Source: Candidatus Kapaibacterium sp.
Lineage (GTDB): Bacteria > Bacteroidota > Ignavibacteria > Kapaibacteriales > UBA2268
Direction: 5' to 3'
Assembly: GCA_963665665.1 (NCBI GenBank)
Contig: OY762428.1
Span: 256,001-320,000, forward strand
DNA length: 64,000 bases
In this document: positions 18,486-28,757 of the stretch, one piece after another
Layout: each line of letters begins with the position of its first letter
How positions within the stretch are numbered: the first letter of the stretch is position 1
Translations under genes and position numbers: made by a program
The notes under the pieces: model-generated
Told to the model about the DNA's origin: nothing
Databases searched by the model: none
The model's input: the letters and a program-made list of their open reading frames with translations, nothing else

Positions 18486-21400
18486 ATGAGCGCGCATGAT
18501 GATAACATCGTCATCCGCAGGCAGGGAAAAAAGAAGCAGCATAGTTCAAAAAAAACATCCAAACCGGAAGGGGCTTTCAATGTTCCGGCAAAATTTACAA
18601 AACATGCCAGGGTTTTTGGTGTTTTGCTTTTTTTATTTTCGGCACTGCTTTTACTTGCATTAGTATCATACACAAGCAAAGATCAGGCTAACGCTTCAAT
18701 TAGTTTTTTTGATCTTTTCGGTATTATTACAGGAAACGAAGACATTATTGCCAGGGCGGAAACCACCAGGAACTGGCTTGGATTGACCGGGGCCGTGATG
18801 GCGGACTGGTTTATTAACCAGACTATTGGATTTTTTATTATTCTTCTGCCATTTTTCATCGGCTGGTTTGCAAAGGAAATTTTCTTTAATCTGTTAGTAA
18901 AAGAAAAAACCTTAAAAAGATTTGTTGTATACCTGATAATTGCCACATTCGCAGCATCACTTATCGGGGCCTTGCAGCAACTATCCTGGATGCCACTTAC
19001 AGGCACAGAGTGGAGCGGCTCAATCGGGCGTTTCCTTGCAGAAATTCTGGCCTCTCTAATCAGTTCAGCCGGCGCAATACTTGTATTTTTAGCCCTTATA
19101 ATTGTAACAGTTATCCTTGGTACTGATATAAATATCGACAGGTTTACCACCCCGGCGGATAATTATATAAACCAACTGAAATTGAAATTTTTAAATTTCA
19201 TTGATAATATCAGGAATAAGTCACAAAAAAATAAAAAAGAAAAAGTTGTTGATAACGATCCGAAAAATTCAAGTACGGCTCCCCCGCCGATTAAGCCTCA
19301 GGAATCCGCAAAGTCTGATGATAATGTCAGGATAATTAATACTTCTGATAATAAAGAAAAAAATATCAGGAAAACTCCTTCAGGCCCGAGAATAATCAAC
19401 CTTAAAAAGGATAGGACAGACTCTGATATTTCGGAAGATGAGGGATCAGCACTTGATATTTTAAGGCCGGGAAAGAAACAAGCAGCAAAACCTGCAATTA
19501 ATAAAACGTCAAGGCAGGAAATAGTCTATGCCGAACCAGACCCTGAAATAAGAACTGTCCGATCCAATAAGGAAATCGATGAGTTAGAAGAAGAACCTAT
19601 TGATGAAAATACTATTGAAGACATAACACATAGTGAAACTGATCAGGACATACGTGATACCGAAAGATTCAAGAAAGTTGTAAATATTAAACCCAGGCAA
19701 ATAACTGCTGATGATCTGAAAAATAATGAAATTCAAACTCCAACTGAAAATGTATCTGATTATAATAATGATGATAATTCATTAGAAATCCTAACCGAAT
19801 CGAATTCTTCGGAAAATGACTTTGATATAAGTAATGATAGCCAAGAAATTTCTTTCCGCGCAGGGAGTGATTATAGTGAACTCACAAGTGAGCAAGTTGA
19901 TGAATTTGATTCTATTGATGAATTTTCTGTTTCCATCGACGACCTGAAAAACCAGAACGAAATTTCTGAGGAGCCAAAGCTTCAAGATCAATCGGTTCCG
20001 AAAACAAATCCTAAATCAGGATCAAATATTTCAAGCGAAACAAATAAACCTCTTGTTGTTACTGTGCATGAAACAAAAGAAGAAGAAAATGACCAATTAT
20101 TGAAGAAACATTTCCTAAGCACAGAAATTCATGATGAGTCGATTTCATATCGCTTCCCGGACAACTCTCTGCTGAAAGAACAGACTTCTACCGGTGAAGT
20201 TGATGACCAGGAGTTAAAGGACAATGCAAGGATTCTTCAGGAAAAGCTGGAAACGTTCAAAATTTACATAGAAAATCTGGGAGTAACCCCCGGCCCTGTT
20301 GTTACGCAATATAGTTTTGTTCCGGCGGCAGGAATAAAGATCAGTAAAATCGAAAACCTGTCTGACGATCTTGCCATGGCTCTCAAAGCCCGTGGTATAA
20401 GGATAATTGCTCCAATCCCCGGAAAGGGAACTGTTGGGATTGAAATACCAAATCAAAACCCGCAGATAGTACGGTTCAGCAATGTAATTAATTCAAATAA
20501 ATTCCATGACAATAACTATGCCTTACCGATAGCTCTTGGAAAAACTATTTCCGGCGAAACTGCGGTTGCTGACCTTAGCAAGATGCCCCATCTTTTAATT
20601 GCCGGCTCGACAGGTTCCGGTAAATCGGTTGGTATTAATACAATAATTTGTTCCTTATTATATAAAAAGCATCCGAGTACATTAAAATTTGTTATTGTAG
20701 ATCCTAAGAAAGTTGAACTTCAGCAATACAACGGATTGGTAAGGCACTTTCTTGCTGTTTCACCAGATATTAATTCAACTATTATAACCGATCCGAAAGA
20801 AGCTGTTATCGGCCTGAAAGCCGTGGTAGCTGAAATGGAAAAAAGATATGACCTGCTTGCATCGGTGGGACAGCGAAATATCAAAGACTATAATAAAAAA
20901 GTTAAATCAGGTAAACTTAAAAATGATCCAAACTTTGAGCACAGGCCAATGCCATTCATCGTAGTTGTGATAGACGAACTTGCAGACCTTATGCTTACTG
21001 CATCAAAAGATGTTGAAGAACCTATAACAAGACTGGCACAAATGGCGAGGGCTGTTGGTATACATCTGATTATCGCTACACAAAGGCCGTCAGTTGATGT
21101 TATTACGGGTATAATCAAAGCAAATTTCCCGGCAAGGATGGCATATCTGGTTGCATCGAGGATTGATTCCAGAACAATTCTGGATATGCAGGGAGCAGAA
21201 CAATTGCTCGGAAACGGCGACATGCTGTTTCTGCCTAACGGAACACCCAAACCAATTCGCGTTCAGAATTCATTTATATCAACAGAGGAAGTTGACAATA
21301 TTTGCGAATATATCGAAGCACAGAAAGGATATACAATGCCCTACCAGTTGCCTTCATTAAATGAGAAAGATAGCGATAGCGGCGGATTTGACGACGCGTC

Positions 21401-21617
21401 CAGCCGGGACCCCTTATTTGAAGAAGCAGCCAGGCTGGTAATCAGGCATCAGCAGGGCTCGGTTTCAATAATACAAAGAAGGCTGAAAGTAGGCTATGCC
21501 AGAGCCGGAAGGATAGTTGACGAACTTGAGGCAGCTGGAATTGTCGGGCCTTATGACGGCTCGAAAGCAAGGCAGGTTTATATGGAAAGTGAAATGGAAC
21601 TTGAAGCTGTTTTGTAA
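18486..21617 (+). CDS. ftsK: DNA translocase FtsK
   Basis: N-terminal TM domain, long acidic linker, GSTGSGKS, IDELADLM, ATQRPSVDV, gamma domain QRRLKVGYARAGR. Confidence 0.97.
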   Translation: MSAHDDNIVIRRQGKKKQHSSKKTSKPEGAFNVPAKFTKHARVFGVLLFLFSALLLLALVSYTSKDQANASISFFDLFGIITGNEDIIARAETTRNWLGLTGAVMADWFINQTIGFFIILLPFFIGWFAKEIFFNLLVKEKTLKRFVVYLIIATFAASLIGALQQLSWMPLTGTEWSGSIGRFLAEILASLISSAGAILVFLALIIVTVILGTDINIDRFTTPADNYINQLKLKFLNFIDNIRNKSQKNKKEKVVDNDPKNSSTAPPPIKPQESAKSDDNVRIINTSDNKEKNIRKTPSGPRIINLKKDRTDSDISEDEGSALDILRPGKKQAAKPAINKTSRQEIVYAEPDPEIRTVRSNKEIDELEEEPIDENTIEDITHSETDQDIRDTERFKKVVNIKPRQITADDLKNNEIQTPTENVSDYNNDDNSLEILTESNSSENDFDISNDSQEISFRAGSDYSELTSEQVDEFDSIDEFSVSIDDLKNQNEISEEPKLQDQSVPKTNPKSGSNISSETNKPLVVTVHETKEEENDQLLKKHFLSTEIHDESISYRFPDNSLLKEQTSTGEVDDQELKDNARILQEKLETFKIYIENLGVTPGPVVTQYSFVPAAGIKISKIENLSDDLAMALKARGIRIIAPIPGKGTVGIEIPNQNPQIVRFSNVINSNKFHDNNYALPIALGKTISGETAVADLSKMPHLLIAGSTGSGKSVGINTIICSLLYKKHPSTLKFVIVDPKKVELQQYNGLVRHFLAVSPDINSTIITDPKEAVIGLKAVVAEMEKRYDLLASVGQRNIKDYNKKVKSGKLKNDPNFEHRPMPFIVVVIDELADLMLTASKDVEEPITRLAQMARAVGIHLIIATQRPSVDVITGIIKANFPARMAYLVASRIDSRTILDMQGAEQLLGNGDMLFLPNGTPKPIRVQNSFISTEEVDNICEYIEAQKGYTMPYQLPSLNEKDSDSGGFDDASSRDPLFEEAARLVIRHQQGSVSIIQRRLKVGYARAGRIVDELEAAGIVGPYDGSKARQVYMESEMELEAVL

Positions 21618-21748
21618 AGAAATTGTTAATTTTCTAATTATTAAAAAAAAAATCAAATTTATATTGTAATAATTCGTATTTTGTAATCGTTTATAGGCCC
21701 GGACAATTTTTACTAAACCGGGTGGTTTTATTTCTTTTTGGAGTTACT

Positions 21749-22045
21749 ATGAATTTATATGTTGGAAACCTCTCATGGGGCGTTACTGAAGACGATGTCA
21801 GGGTATTGTTTGAAAACTACGGTACAGTAGATTCCTGTAAACTTATCATTGACCGTGAAACTGGCAGATCACGCGGGTTCGCTTTTGTTGAAATGAATGA
21901 TGAAGATGGCAAAAAAGCCTTGGAAGAGTTAGATCAGTCTGATTTCAACGGCAGAGCACTTAAAGTGAACGAAGCCAGAAGAAGAGACGACAGAGGAGGC
22001 ATGGGTGGTGGAAGAAGGTCTAATGACTTCAGGCCAAGGAATTAA
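21749..22045 (+). CDS. RRM RNA-binding protein with Gly/Arg tail
   Basis: RNP2 LYVGNL and RNP1 RGFAFVEM; ATG at 21749. Confidence 0.93.
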   Translation: MNLYVGNLSWGVTEDDVRVLFENYGTVDSCKLIIDRETGRSRGFAFVEMNDEDGKKALEELDQSDFNGRALKVNEARRRDDRGGMGGGRRSNDFRPRN

Positions 22046-22101
22046 TTTCTTCAAAGTTGCTAACAATTTCTCTTTACAATAGATAAATAAAAACATTGAA
22101 G

Positions 22102-22127
22102 AATAAACGCCGGTCACGGCGTTTATT
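22102..22127. terminator. Probable bidirectional terminator between convergent RRM and MFS genes
   Basis: Perfect 11-bp stem aataaacgccg/cggcgtttatt with T-run on + strand. Confidence 0.75.
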
Positions 22128-23403
22128 TTTTTTGTATCCTTAACTTCAAAAGAATGATCAGTCCAAGAACAAAAAATACTATAAGGGACAATATTGCAAT
22201 TCTATAAGAATGTGTAAGCTGCAAAGCTAACCCAAATAACAAAGGCCCCAGCCAGCTTGTACCTCGTTCGGATATTTCGTAAATACTAAAATATGATGCT
22301 TCCTTTCCCGGTGGTATCAGCTTGGAATACATCGAACGGCTAAGTGCCTGTGTACCACCCATTACAACAGCAATACATGCCCCAAGAATGAAGAATCCAA
22401 TCTCGGAATACAGGAATGCATAAGCATAAATAATCACTACTATCCAGATAAACAATCCGATTACAATAGCTCTCAGGGTTCCTAATCTTGAAGCTAACAG
22501 ATTGAAAAGCAAAGCCCCACCGAAAGCAACAAACTGAACCATCAGAATCACCTGTGTCAGTACATCAATACCAAGACCAAGCTCCTTGTTTCCAAATTGG
22601 GATGAAACAACTATAACAGTTTGAACACCATCATTATAAAGCAGATAAGCAATAAGGAATGTAAGTGTTTTTGGATGGTTAGCAGCGTCCTTCAAAGTTA
22701 GGATAAAATCGCTTATACCCTTTTTAAAATGGTTAATAGATTTTTTAGTTCGAATTATTTCATCTCTTCGGATAGTCAGCATTGGAATAACTGTAAACAC
22801 GGCCCACCAGGCCCCAGCCGAGCAAAGGCTAATACGGATTGCAGTTCCGGTTTCAATACCAAAACTGTCGGCCCCTGAAAACAGAACTAAATTAACGGCC
22901 AGAACAATCCCGCCTCCGAGATAGCCCAAAGCCCATCCAACCGAGGATACTGTGTCTCTTTCTTCTTCGGGGGAAATATCATTTAAAATTGAATTATAAA
23001 TAACAACTGAAGCCCCAAAACTCAGGTTGGCAATGATAAAAAGGAGTCCGCCAAGATAATACAGATCGTCCTGTAAAAAGTACAGGCCCATAGTAGAAAA
23101 AGAACCGATATAAGCAAAAATTCCAAGAAGAGATTTTTTTCTTCCGGAATTATCGGCAACAGATCCAATATATGGCAAAAGGAAAATCTGTAAAAAAACA
23201 CTTGCTGAAACTATATAAGTAAAATACGAATGTGCATATACAGGTAATCCGATAAAATTTATATACCCGTCGGCATCTGCTGCACTCTCGGCAATACTTG
23301 TAAGGTAAGGCCCCAGAAAGACTGTAACTACAGTTGTATAAAAAGCAGAGTTTGCCCAGTCATAAAAATACCAGCCTATTCTTTCCTTTTTACTGGAAAT
23401 CAT
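22123..23403 (-). CDS. MFS transporter, UMF1/Atg22-like
   Basis: WYFYDWANSAF, GWALGYLGG, YNDGVQT, GGTQALSRS motifs; about 12 TM segments. Confidence 0.88.
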   Translation of the reverse strand: MISSKKERIGWYFYDWANSAFYTTVVTVFLGPYLTSIAESAADADGYINFIGLPVYAHSYFTYIVSASVFLQIFLLPYIGSVADNSGRKKSLLGIFAYIGSFSTMGLYFLQDDLYYLGGLLFIIANLSFGASVVIYNSILNDISPEEERDTVSSVGWALGYLGGGIVLAVNLVLFSGADSFGIETGTAIRISLCSAGAWWAVFTVIPMLTIRRDEIIRTKKSINHFKKGISDFILTLKDAANHPKTLTFLIAYLLYNDGVQTVIVVSSQFGNKELGLGIDVLTQVILMVQFVAFGGALLFNLLASRLGTLRAIVIGLFIWIVVIIYAYAFLYSEIGFFILGACIAVVMGGTQALSRSMYSKLIPPGKEASYFSIYEISERGTSWLGPLLFGLALQLTHSYRIAILSLIVFFVLGLIILLKLRIQKK

Positions 23404-24509
23404 AATATATTACCGGCCGGGCTATTATTTATGGGTATATCAATAACAACATTTGTGTAATTGTCAGGAACGCTGTCAATTGAGAAACTACCGCCGTGAA
23501 GCTCAACTATTTTCTTCACGATTGCCAATCCTAATCCGCTGCCCTGCTGTTCGTAGATTTGTCTTTCAAACTGAATGTAAGCGCCAACTTTATCAACCTG
23601 TTTGGCTGCCATTCCCCTGCCGTAGTCAGTAAAGTTAAGCCTGTATTTATCTATTACAAGCTCCGACTCGATCAATATCGGAGATCCTTTCTTTGAGAAC
23701 TTCAAACAATTATCAACTACTTCTTCCATAATTTTTGTCAGATAGGTTTCAGACATAGCAATATTAGCGGATTCAAGATGAACCTGTAGATCATGCCTTC
23801 TGCCGGAATTACCAACAATATAATTCACCATATCGCTTATATACATATCCACTGAAATAGTAACGGCTTCTTTCAATTTCTCGATTTCTCTTTCATTCGA
23901 GGAAATAGTTTCCAACTTAGCATAAAAAAGATGGTTCTCGAATAGCCTGTTAAGCCTTCTGCCTGATTCATAAATATTTTTCAGCATTTCCTTTGATTCT
24001 TCGGGGTCACTGCTGTCAATTGTTTTTATCAGATGATCTGAATATCCAAGAATAATCCCAAGCGGAGTTCTTATTTCATGCGGCAGAGACCTGCTGATCC
24101 TGGTTGAAAGTTCTTCAAATTTCTTAAGATACCTTGTTTCGCTAACTTCACTTTTTTTAATCCTCGTTCTTACGGCTTCAAGCAGTTCGTCGATATCATA
24201 AGGCTTGGTTATAAAATCATCAGCCCCGAGATTCATCCCCTCACGAATATCTGATTTTGCCGAAAGAAAAAGGAAAGGAATAACAGCAAGCTCCTGATTT
24301 TTTTGGAGTTCTGTCAGGAACTGATATCCGTCCATTTCAGGCATCATAATATCGGATATTATAAGGTCCGGCTTGTGTTTAACTGCTTTTTCAAGTCCGG
24401 TAATACCATTATCAGCACCAATGGCATCATAATCGCTGAGCTTCAGGGTCATAACCAGGTCTCGCCTGATTTCACTTTCATCTTCAACAACAAGTATTAC
24501 TTTTCTCAT
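23400..24509 (-). CDS. Hybrid receiver-histidine kinase (REC-HisKA-HATPase)
   Basis: VEDE, SDIMMPEMDG, TKP receiver; HEIRTPL; N-box DNCLKFS; DYGRG and GSGLGL. Confidence 0.92.
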   Translation of the reverse strand: MRKVILVVEDESEIRRDLVMTLKLSDYDAIGADNGITGLEKAVKHKPDLIISDIMMPEMDGYQFLTELQKNQELAVIPFLFLSAKSDIREGMNLGADDFITKPYDIDELLEAVRTRIKKSEVSETRYLKKFEELSTRISRSLPHEIRTPLGIILGYSDHLIKTIDSSDPEESKEMLKNIYESGRRLNRLFENHLFYAKLETISSNEREIEKLKEAVTISVDMYISDMVNYIVGNSGRRHDLQVHLESANIAMSETYLTKIMEEVVDNCLKFSKKGSPILIESELVIDKYRLNFTDYGRGMAAKQVDKVGAYIQFERQIYEQQGSGLGLAIVKKIVELHGGSFSIDSVPDNYTNVVIDIPINNSPAGNIL

Positions 24510-26284
24510 GATTTATTTTCAATCCTTTGTAAATGTGGTAATCTTACTTTGAAAGTGGTACCGGCCCCAGGCCTGCTCGACAGATCGATATTACCATCCA
24601 ATGCTTCAAGAGAACGCAATACTACTGACATTCCCAATCCTGTTCCGGAAATTTTACCTACATTTTCACCGCGGTAAAACAATTCAAATATTTTTTCCTG
24701 CTCATGTTCTGCTATGCCAATACCATAGTCCTTAATTGTAAAATTAGAAACTGTTTCGTCACAATCCAAATAAAATTCTACAGGAGTATTTTCAGCAGAA
24801 TACTTTATTGCGTTTGTAAGCAAGTTAACTACAATATTTCTTAATATTTTGGGATCAGTAAAAATTTTATCTTCAAGCCCTTTGTAAGAATAATTAATCT
24901 GTCTGTCATTATCCATACTAAGCTTCAAATCAGAAATTAATTGCTGGCAGTAATCCCTTATATTTATCTTCGAAGGTTTAAGCTTAACTTTGTCGGAATC
25001 AGTCTGGCCAATAAAAATTGCGTTTTCAATCAGGTCTTTCATAAAGTCAACAGTTTTCATAATCCTTTGCAGGTATTCCGATTTCTCGCTACCAGTAAGC
25101 TTTTTATCAAATTTTTCGATTATCTGGGCTGAAGTCCTAATTATTGTTAGCGGAGTCCGGAATTCATGTGACACCATACTGACAAAACCTGTTTTAAGTT
25201 CATTCAGAACTTTTTCCCTTTTCAGCATTTTTAATATTTCGTTCTCGGCTCTTTCCCTTACAGCAATTTGTTCTTTTAGTGTATGAACAAGAACCTGAAG
25301 CTCCTCGGTTCTTTCCTGAACTTTTAATTCAAGCAACTCATTGGCATCCTTCAGAGCTAACTCAGCTTTTTTCCGTTCGCTGATATCAAGGAAACTTTCA
25401 ATCCTGTACGATATAGTACCTACTTTAATTAAGGAAGTAGTTCTTAATATTGGAATTATCCTATCATCAATAGTTCTGAGTTCAGACTCAAAGTTCATGG
25501 CATAAGGGAATTCTTCATCGCTTTCCGGAAGATCGGAATCAGTGTAATCAAGGAATTCAAGATAGTTCATTCCGCTAATGTCTTTACCTTCAATTCCAAT
25601 TATTGACAACGAAACAGGATTCGCCTTTAAAATCTTATCTGTTTCTGCATCAATAACAAGAATACCTGTATGTACGGAGTTAAATATTGTATCAAGTTCT
25701 CTTTTGTTTTGAACAAGGTCCATGGTTCTGGCCGCCACCTTTTGTTCAAGAATATCTTTTGTATTACTAAGTTTTTTATTCAATAAAGAATTGCGAATGG
25801 AACCGGCAAAATATCCCCCGAACAAGGCACATGACCTGAAAAAATTCTCTTCATTTCTTATACGAAATTCGTCGAATGTATTTATCACCAATCCGATTAT
25901 TCCGTTTGTTGAAACAAGGGGGATTATCAAGGAATCAAAACTAAATTCCGGCGAATCGTTTTTCCTTTTTAAGATTACATCAATTGAATTTAAAGCTTTT
26001 CCGATAAGGCCGGAATTGATCATTTTATCGAAACTTTTTTCAATGGTTGGCCCGTAATGGGCAGGCAATGTAATTTTTAGTTCAAAATCGAAAGTATTCT
26101 GATTAACCAGAAATATTGAACAAGAAATTGTATTTTCAATTGAATTGAATACCTCGAGCCCGTCCTGGATTATATCTTTCAATTTTTTTGTAGCACTTTG
26201 CGATTCCATATAATTGTGAACCGAATCAAGGAAATGTTTTATTCCAAAATTCAGCCCGTCATCAATATTTTTCCCAAGTTCCAT
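24506..26284 (-). CDS. Cytoplasmic GAF/PAS sensor histidine kinase
   Basis: PAS-type segments (TGILVID...ANP; DISERK), SHEFRTPL, NLLTNAIKYS, DYGIG, GTGLG; no TM segment seen. Confidence 0.9.
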   Translation of the reverse strand: MELGKNIDDGLNFGIKHFLDSVHNYMESQSATKKLKDIIQDGLEVFNSIENTISCSIFLVNQNTFDFELKITLPAHYGPTIEKSFDKMINSGLIGKALNSIDVILKRKNDSPEFSFDSLIIPLVSTNGIIGLVINTFDEFRIRNEENFFRSCALFGGYFAGSIRNSLLNKKLSNTKDILEQKVAARTMDLVQNKRELDTIFNSVHTGILVIDAETDKILKANPVSLSIIGIEGKDISGMNYLEFLDYTDSDLPESDEEFPYAMNFESELRTIDDRIIPILRTTSLIKVGTISYRIESFLDISERKKAELALKDANELLELKVQERTEELQVLVHTLKEQIAVRERAENEILKMLKREKVLNELKTGFVSMVSHEFRTPLTIIRTSAQIIEKFDKKLTGSEKSEYLQRIMKTVDFMKDLIENAIFIGQTDSDKVKLKPSKINIRDYCQQLISDLKLSMDNDRQINYSYKGLEDKIFTDPKILRNIVVNLLTNAIKYSAENTPVEFYLDCDETVSNFTIKDYGIGIAEHEQEKIFELFYRGENVGKISGTGLGMSVVLRSLEALDGNIDLSSRPGAGTTFKVRLPHLQRIENKS

Positions 26285-26320
26285 ATAAACCGGATTAATT
26301 GAAAAGAAGATAATATGAAA

Positions 26321-27178
26321 TTATGCCTTTAAAAGCAAATTAACCGATTCCTGAAATTGCAGATTAATCAAATCAAGATTTTTTGAAAATGCTTTTTCAG
26401 GAATATTCAGATTGTTCCAAACAATAAAATTTGGTTTGGGAACCATATTGTTTTCGCCCAGGAATCCGAGTTCGAGCATATATGCTGCAATATCAGCAAT
26501 ATGAACGCAGGCTACCAAATCATCATATTTACCGTCAATCAAGCCTGAAGAATGGAAACAAATTGCATTTTTTAAATTTTTGGGCAATTTCCATTTTTCT
26601 GCAATAAGGTCACCCGCAACGGAATGTGTAATACCAAGAAGCTGTTTTTCTGCTTCCTTGTGGGTAATACCATTTAGAATGGCATAATTAATTACTTCTT
26701 CGTATTCTTCAGGAAAAAATTTGAAGAAAAATAATTTTCCAATATCATGAAGAATACCTGCAGTAAAGAAATTATCAAGCCTTTTAATACCTGCTTCCCT
26801 GCCAATAATTCTTGATATCACCCCAACAGCTATTGAATGTTTCCAAAGATCTACAGGATTCAGACCTTTCTTTTCATGATTATCCATATCACCGAAAATT
26901 TTGATGATAGACAGGGCAATCACCAGGTTTTTCACTTCCTGAAACCCTAAAAATGAAATAGCTTCGGTTACAGTCTCAACTCTTTGCGGAATTCCATAGA
27001 TCGAAGAATTTGCAGCTCTCAGCAACTTCGATGAAGAAGATTGGTCTTTGGAGATTACTCTTGCTGCATCGTGAAAAGTTGACCTTGGGTTGTCAATAAC
27101 TTCAGTCAATGCGATATACACCGTTGGTAATGTCGGGAATTCATGGAATTTATTTAATATCTCATCAATTTTTAGCAT
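26321..27178 (-). CDS. HDOD domain protein (copy 2)
   Basis: PTLP, ISKDQ, LLRAANS, LWKHSIAVG, AGILHDIGK, THS...EKWKLP motifs. Confidence 0.92.
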   Translation of the reverse strand: MLKIDEILNKFHEFPTLPTVYIALTEVIDNPRSTFHDAARVISKDQSSSSKLLRAANSSIYGIPQRVETVTEAISFLGFQEVKNLVIALSIIKIFGDMDNHEKKGLNPVDLWKHSIAVGVISRIIGREAGIKRLDNFFTAGILHDIGKLFFFKFFPEEYEEVINYAILNGITHKEAEKQLLGITHSVAGDLIAEKWKLPKNLKNAICFHSSGLIDGKYDDLVACVHIADIAAYMLELGFLGENNMVPKPNFIVWNNLNIPEKAFSKNLDLINLQFQESVNLLLKA

Positions 27179-27179
27179 T

Positions 27180-27509
27180 TTACTCTTGTATCATTTCTTC
27201 TTTTGCTCTTTGAATCACTGAACTTATGAACATATCCTTTTCATAACCATTTCTCGGACGCCATTTCATTTTCGATAAAATATATTTTCCGGCATTGTCC
27301 ATTTGCGATTTTGATAGTACAATATTCTCATTATCACCTTCTGTAACAATACTTACCTGAAAAATATTCCAGGTACGTAAAATCCTGAAATGATTGCATG
27401 TTAGTTCGATACCAGCAGGAAGCAATACCTGACCGAAATTATTTGTAATCGGGTTTGCAAGTATCATTCCTTCCTGTAATTCATTAATATTTAATATCCT
27501 GCTCATCAC
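27180..27509 (-). CDS. Small HDOD-partner protein resembling an HD-GYP N-terminal domain (copy 2)
   Basis: INELQEGMILANPITNNFGQVLLPAGIEL; paralog of 28410-28757; 1-nt gap to HDOD start. Confidence 0.8.
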   Translation of the reverse strand: MMSRILNINELQEGMILANPITNNFGQVLLPAGIELTCNHFRILRTWNIFQVSIVTEGDNENIVLSKSQMDNAGKYILSKMKWRPRNGYEKDMFISSVIQRAKEEMIQE

Positions 27510-27558
27510 TCTGTCCAGTATTTTTTTATCTTTTTTCCAGTAATTTCCATGCCAATTT

Positions 27559-28413
27559 TTAAGCTACAAAATTTATCGAGTCGAACATTGTTTCATAACT
27601 TTCAAAAACAATCTGCTCGATCTCATCAAATAAATTATCCGGAAGCCCGAGTAATTCCCAAACATTGATATTTGGTTCGGGAATCAATCCCATTCCGTTC
27701 GTTTCAGAGAACAACAGCATGTGGGAGGCCACGTTAGCAATATGAATTACAGCCGTGGTTTTTTCAAAACCGCCCTCTACAAGGCCATTTTCATGATATC
27801 TGGTAACATTCCTGATATTTTCCGGTAAATTCCATTTTTCTGCTATCAATTCCCCAATCTCCGTATGGTTTATACCGATTTTTTCTGTTTCGGCTTCATA
27901 CGGATAACACCCGATTTCATTCATGTATCGCATTGCAGCAGCATATTCAAGCGGCATAAACTTGAAGAAAAAAAGTTTGCCAATATCATGCAAAATACCG
28001 GCCAGAAAATAATCCTCTATTGATGAGAAATTAAGTTTTTCTGCAATTATCCTTGCAATACTGCCCACCGCTATAGAATGTTTCCACAATATCAATGGAT
28101 TGATCTCGGCAATGGTGCGGTCATTTTCGAACAAATTAATTACAGACATCGCAAAAATAAGATTTCTTGTTTCCTCAAGGCCAATAAGCGATACAGCCCT
28201 GTATAAAGTATCAATTTTTCCTCTGGTTCCGTATAATGGGGAATTAGCTGCTTTTAAAATCTTCAAAGAAGCTGCCTGATCAACAGATATTAAATTTGCA
28301 GCATCCTTTGAACTGGAATGAGGATCGGCTATCATATCTATCAACCTGGTATATATACCCGGCAAAGTAGGTAATTCTTCAATATTTTTTAAAGCTTTTT
28401 CAACAGCATTCAT
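27559..28413 (-). CDS. HDOD domain protein (copy 1)
   Basis: LPTLP, ILKAANSPLYG, LWKHSIAVG, AGILHDIGK, EKWNLP motifs. Confidence 0.92.
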   Translation of the reverse strand: MNAVEKALKNIEELPTLPGIYTRLIDMIADPHSSSKDAANLISVDQAASLKILKAANSPLYGTRGKIDTLYRAVSLIGLEETRNLIFAMSVINLFENDRTIAEINPLILWKHSIAVGSIARIIAEKLNFSSIEDYFLAGILHDIGKLFFFKFMPLEYAAAMRYMNEIGCYPYEAETEKIGINHTEIGELIAEKWNLPENIRNVTRYHENGLVEGGFEKTTAVIHIANVASHMLLFSETNGMGLIPEPNINVWELLGLPDNLFDEIEQIVFESYETMFDSINFVA

Positions 28414-28757
28414 TTACTTTTTCCGTCGTCGTTTCGGGATATTTTCATCATAAGTTGTTTTAAAGCAGTATGAAAAAGATTTTTCTCTATTGCATTGCTC
28501 GGCGTCCACTTCATCCTGCTTTTAAGAATTTTATCTGCTAAAGCCCTTATTCCGTCATCTTCAAGAATTTCATCGTCTGTTTCTTCCTTAATCCGTATTT
28601 CATCAACATTCCAGATTCTAAACAGTTTGATATGCCTATCCACCAGCTCAAGGCCGTCAGGTGCTATTTGCTGGCCATACTTGTTGTAGATGTTGCCAAA
28701 AAGCACCATCCCTTCCTGTATTTCATCTATTTTTATAATTTTAGACATATCAATCAT
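28410..28757 (-). CDS. Small HDOD-partner protein (copy 1)
   Basis: IDEIQEGMVLFGNIYNKYGQQIAPDGLEL; ATGA overlap with HDOD gene; abuts surE stop. Confidence 0.8.
   Translation of the reverse strand: MIDMSKIIKIDEIQEGMVLFGNIYNKYGQQIAPDGLELVDRHIKLFRIWNVDEIRIKEETDDEILEDDGIRALADKILKSRMKWTPSNAIEKNLFHTALKQLMMKISRNDDGKSK

Noticed and set aside
19200-20150. Long acidic low-complexity stretch in ftsK
   Set aside because: Variable disordered linkers are a normal FtsK feature; the frame is intact
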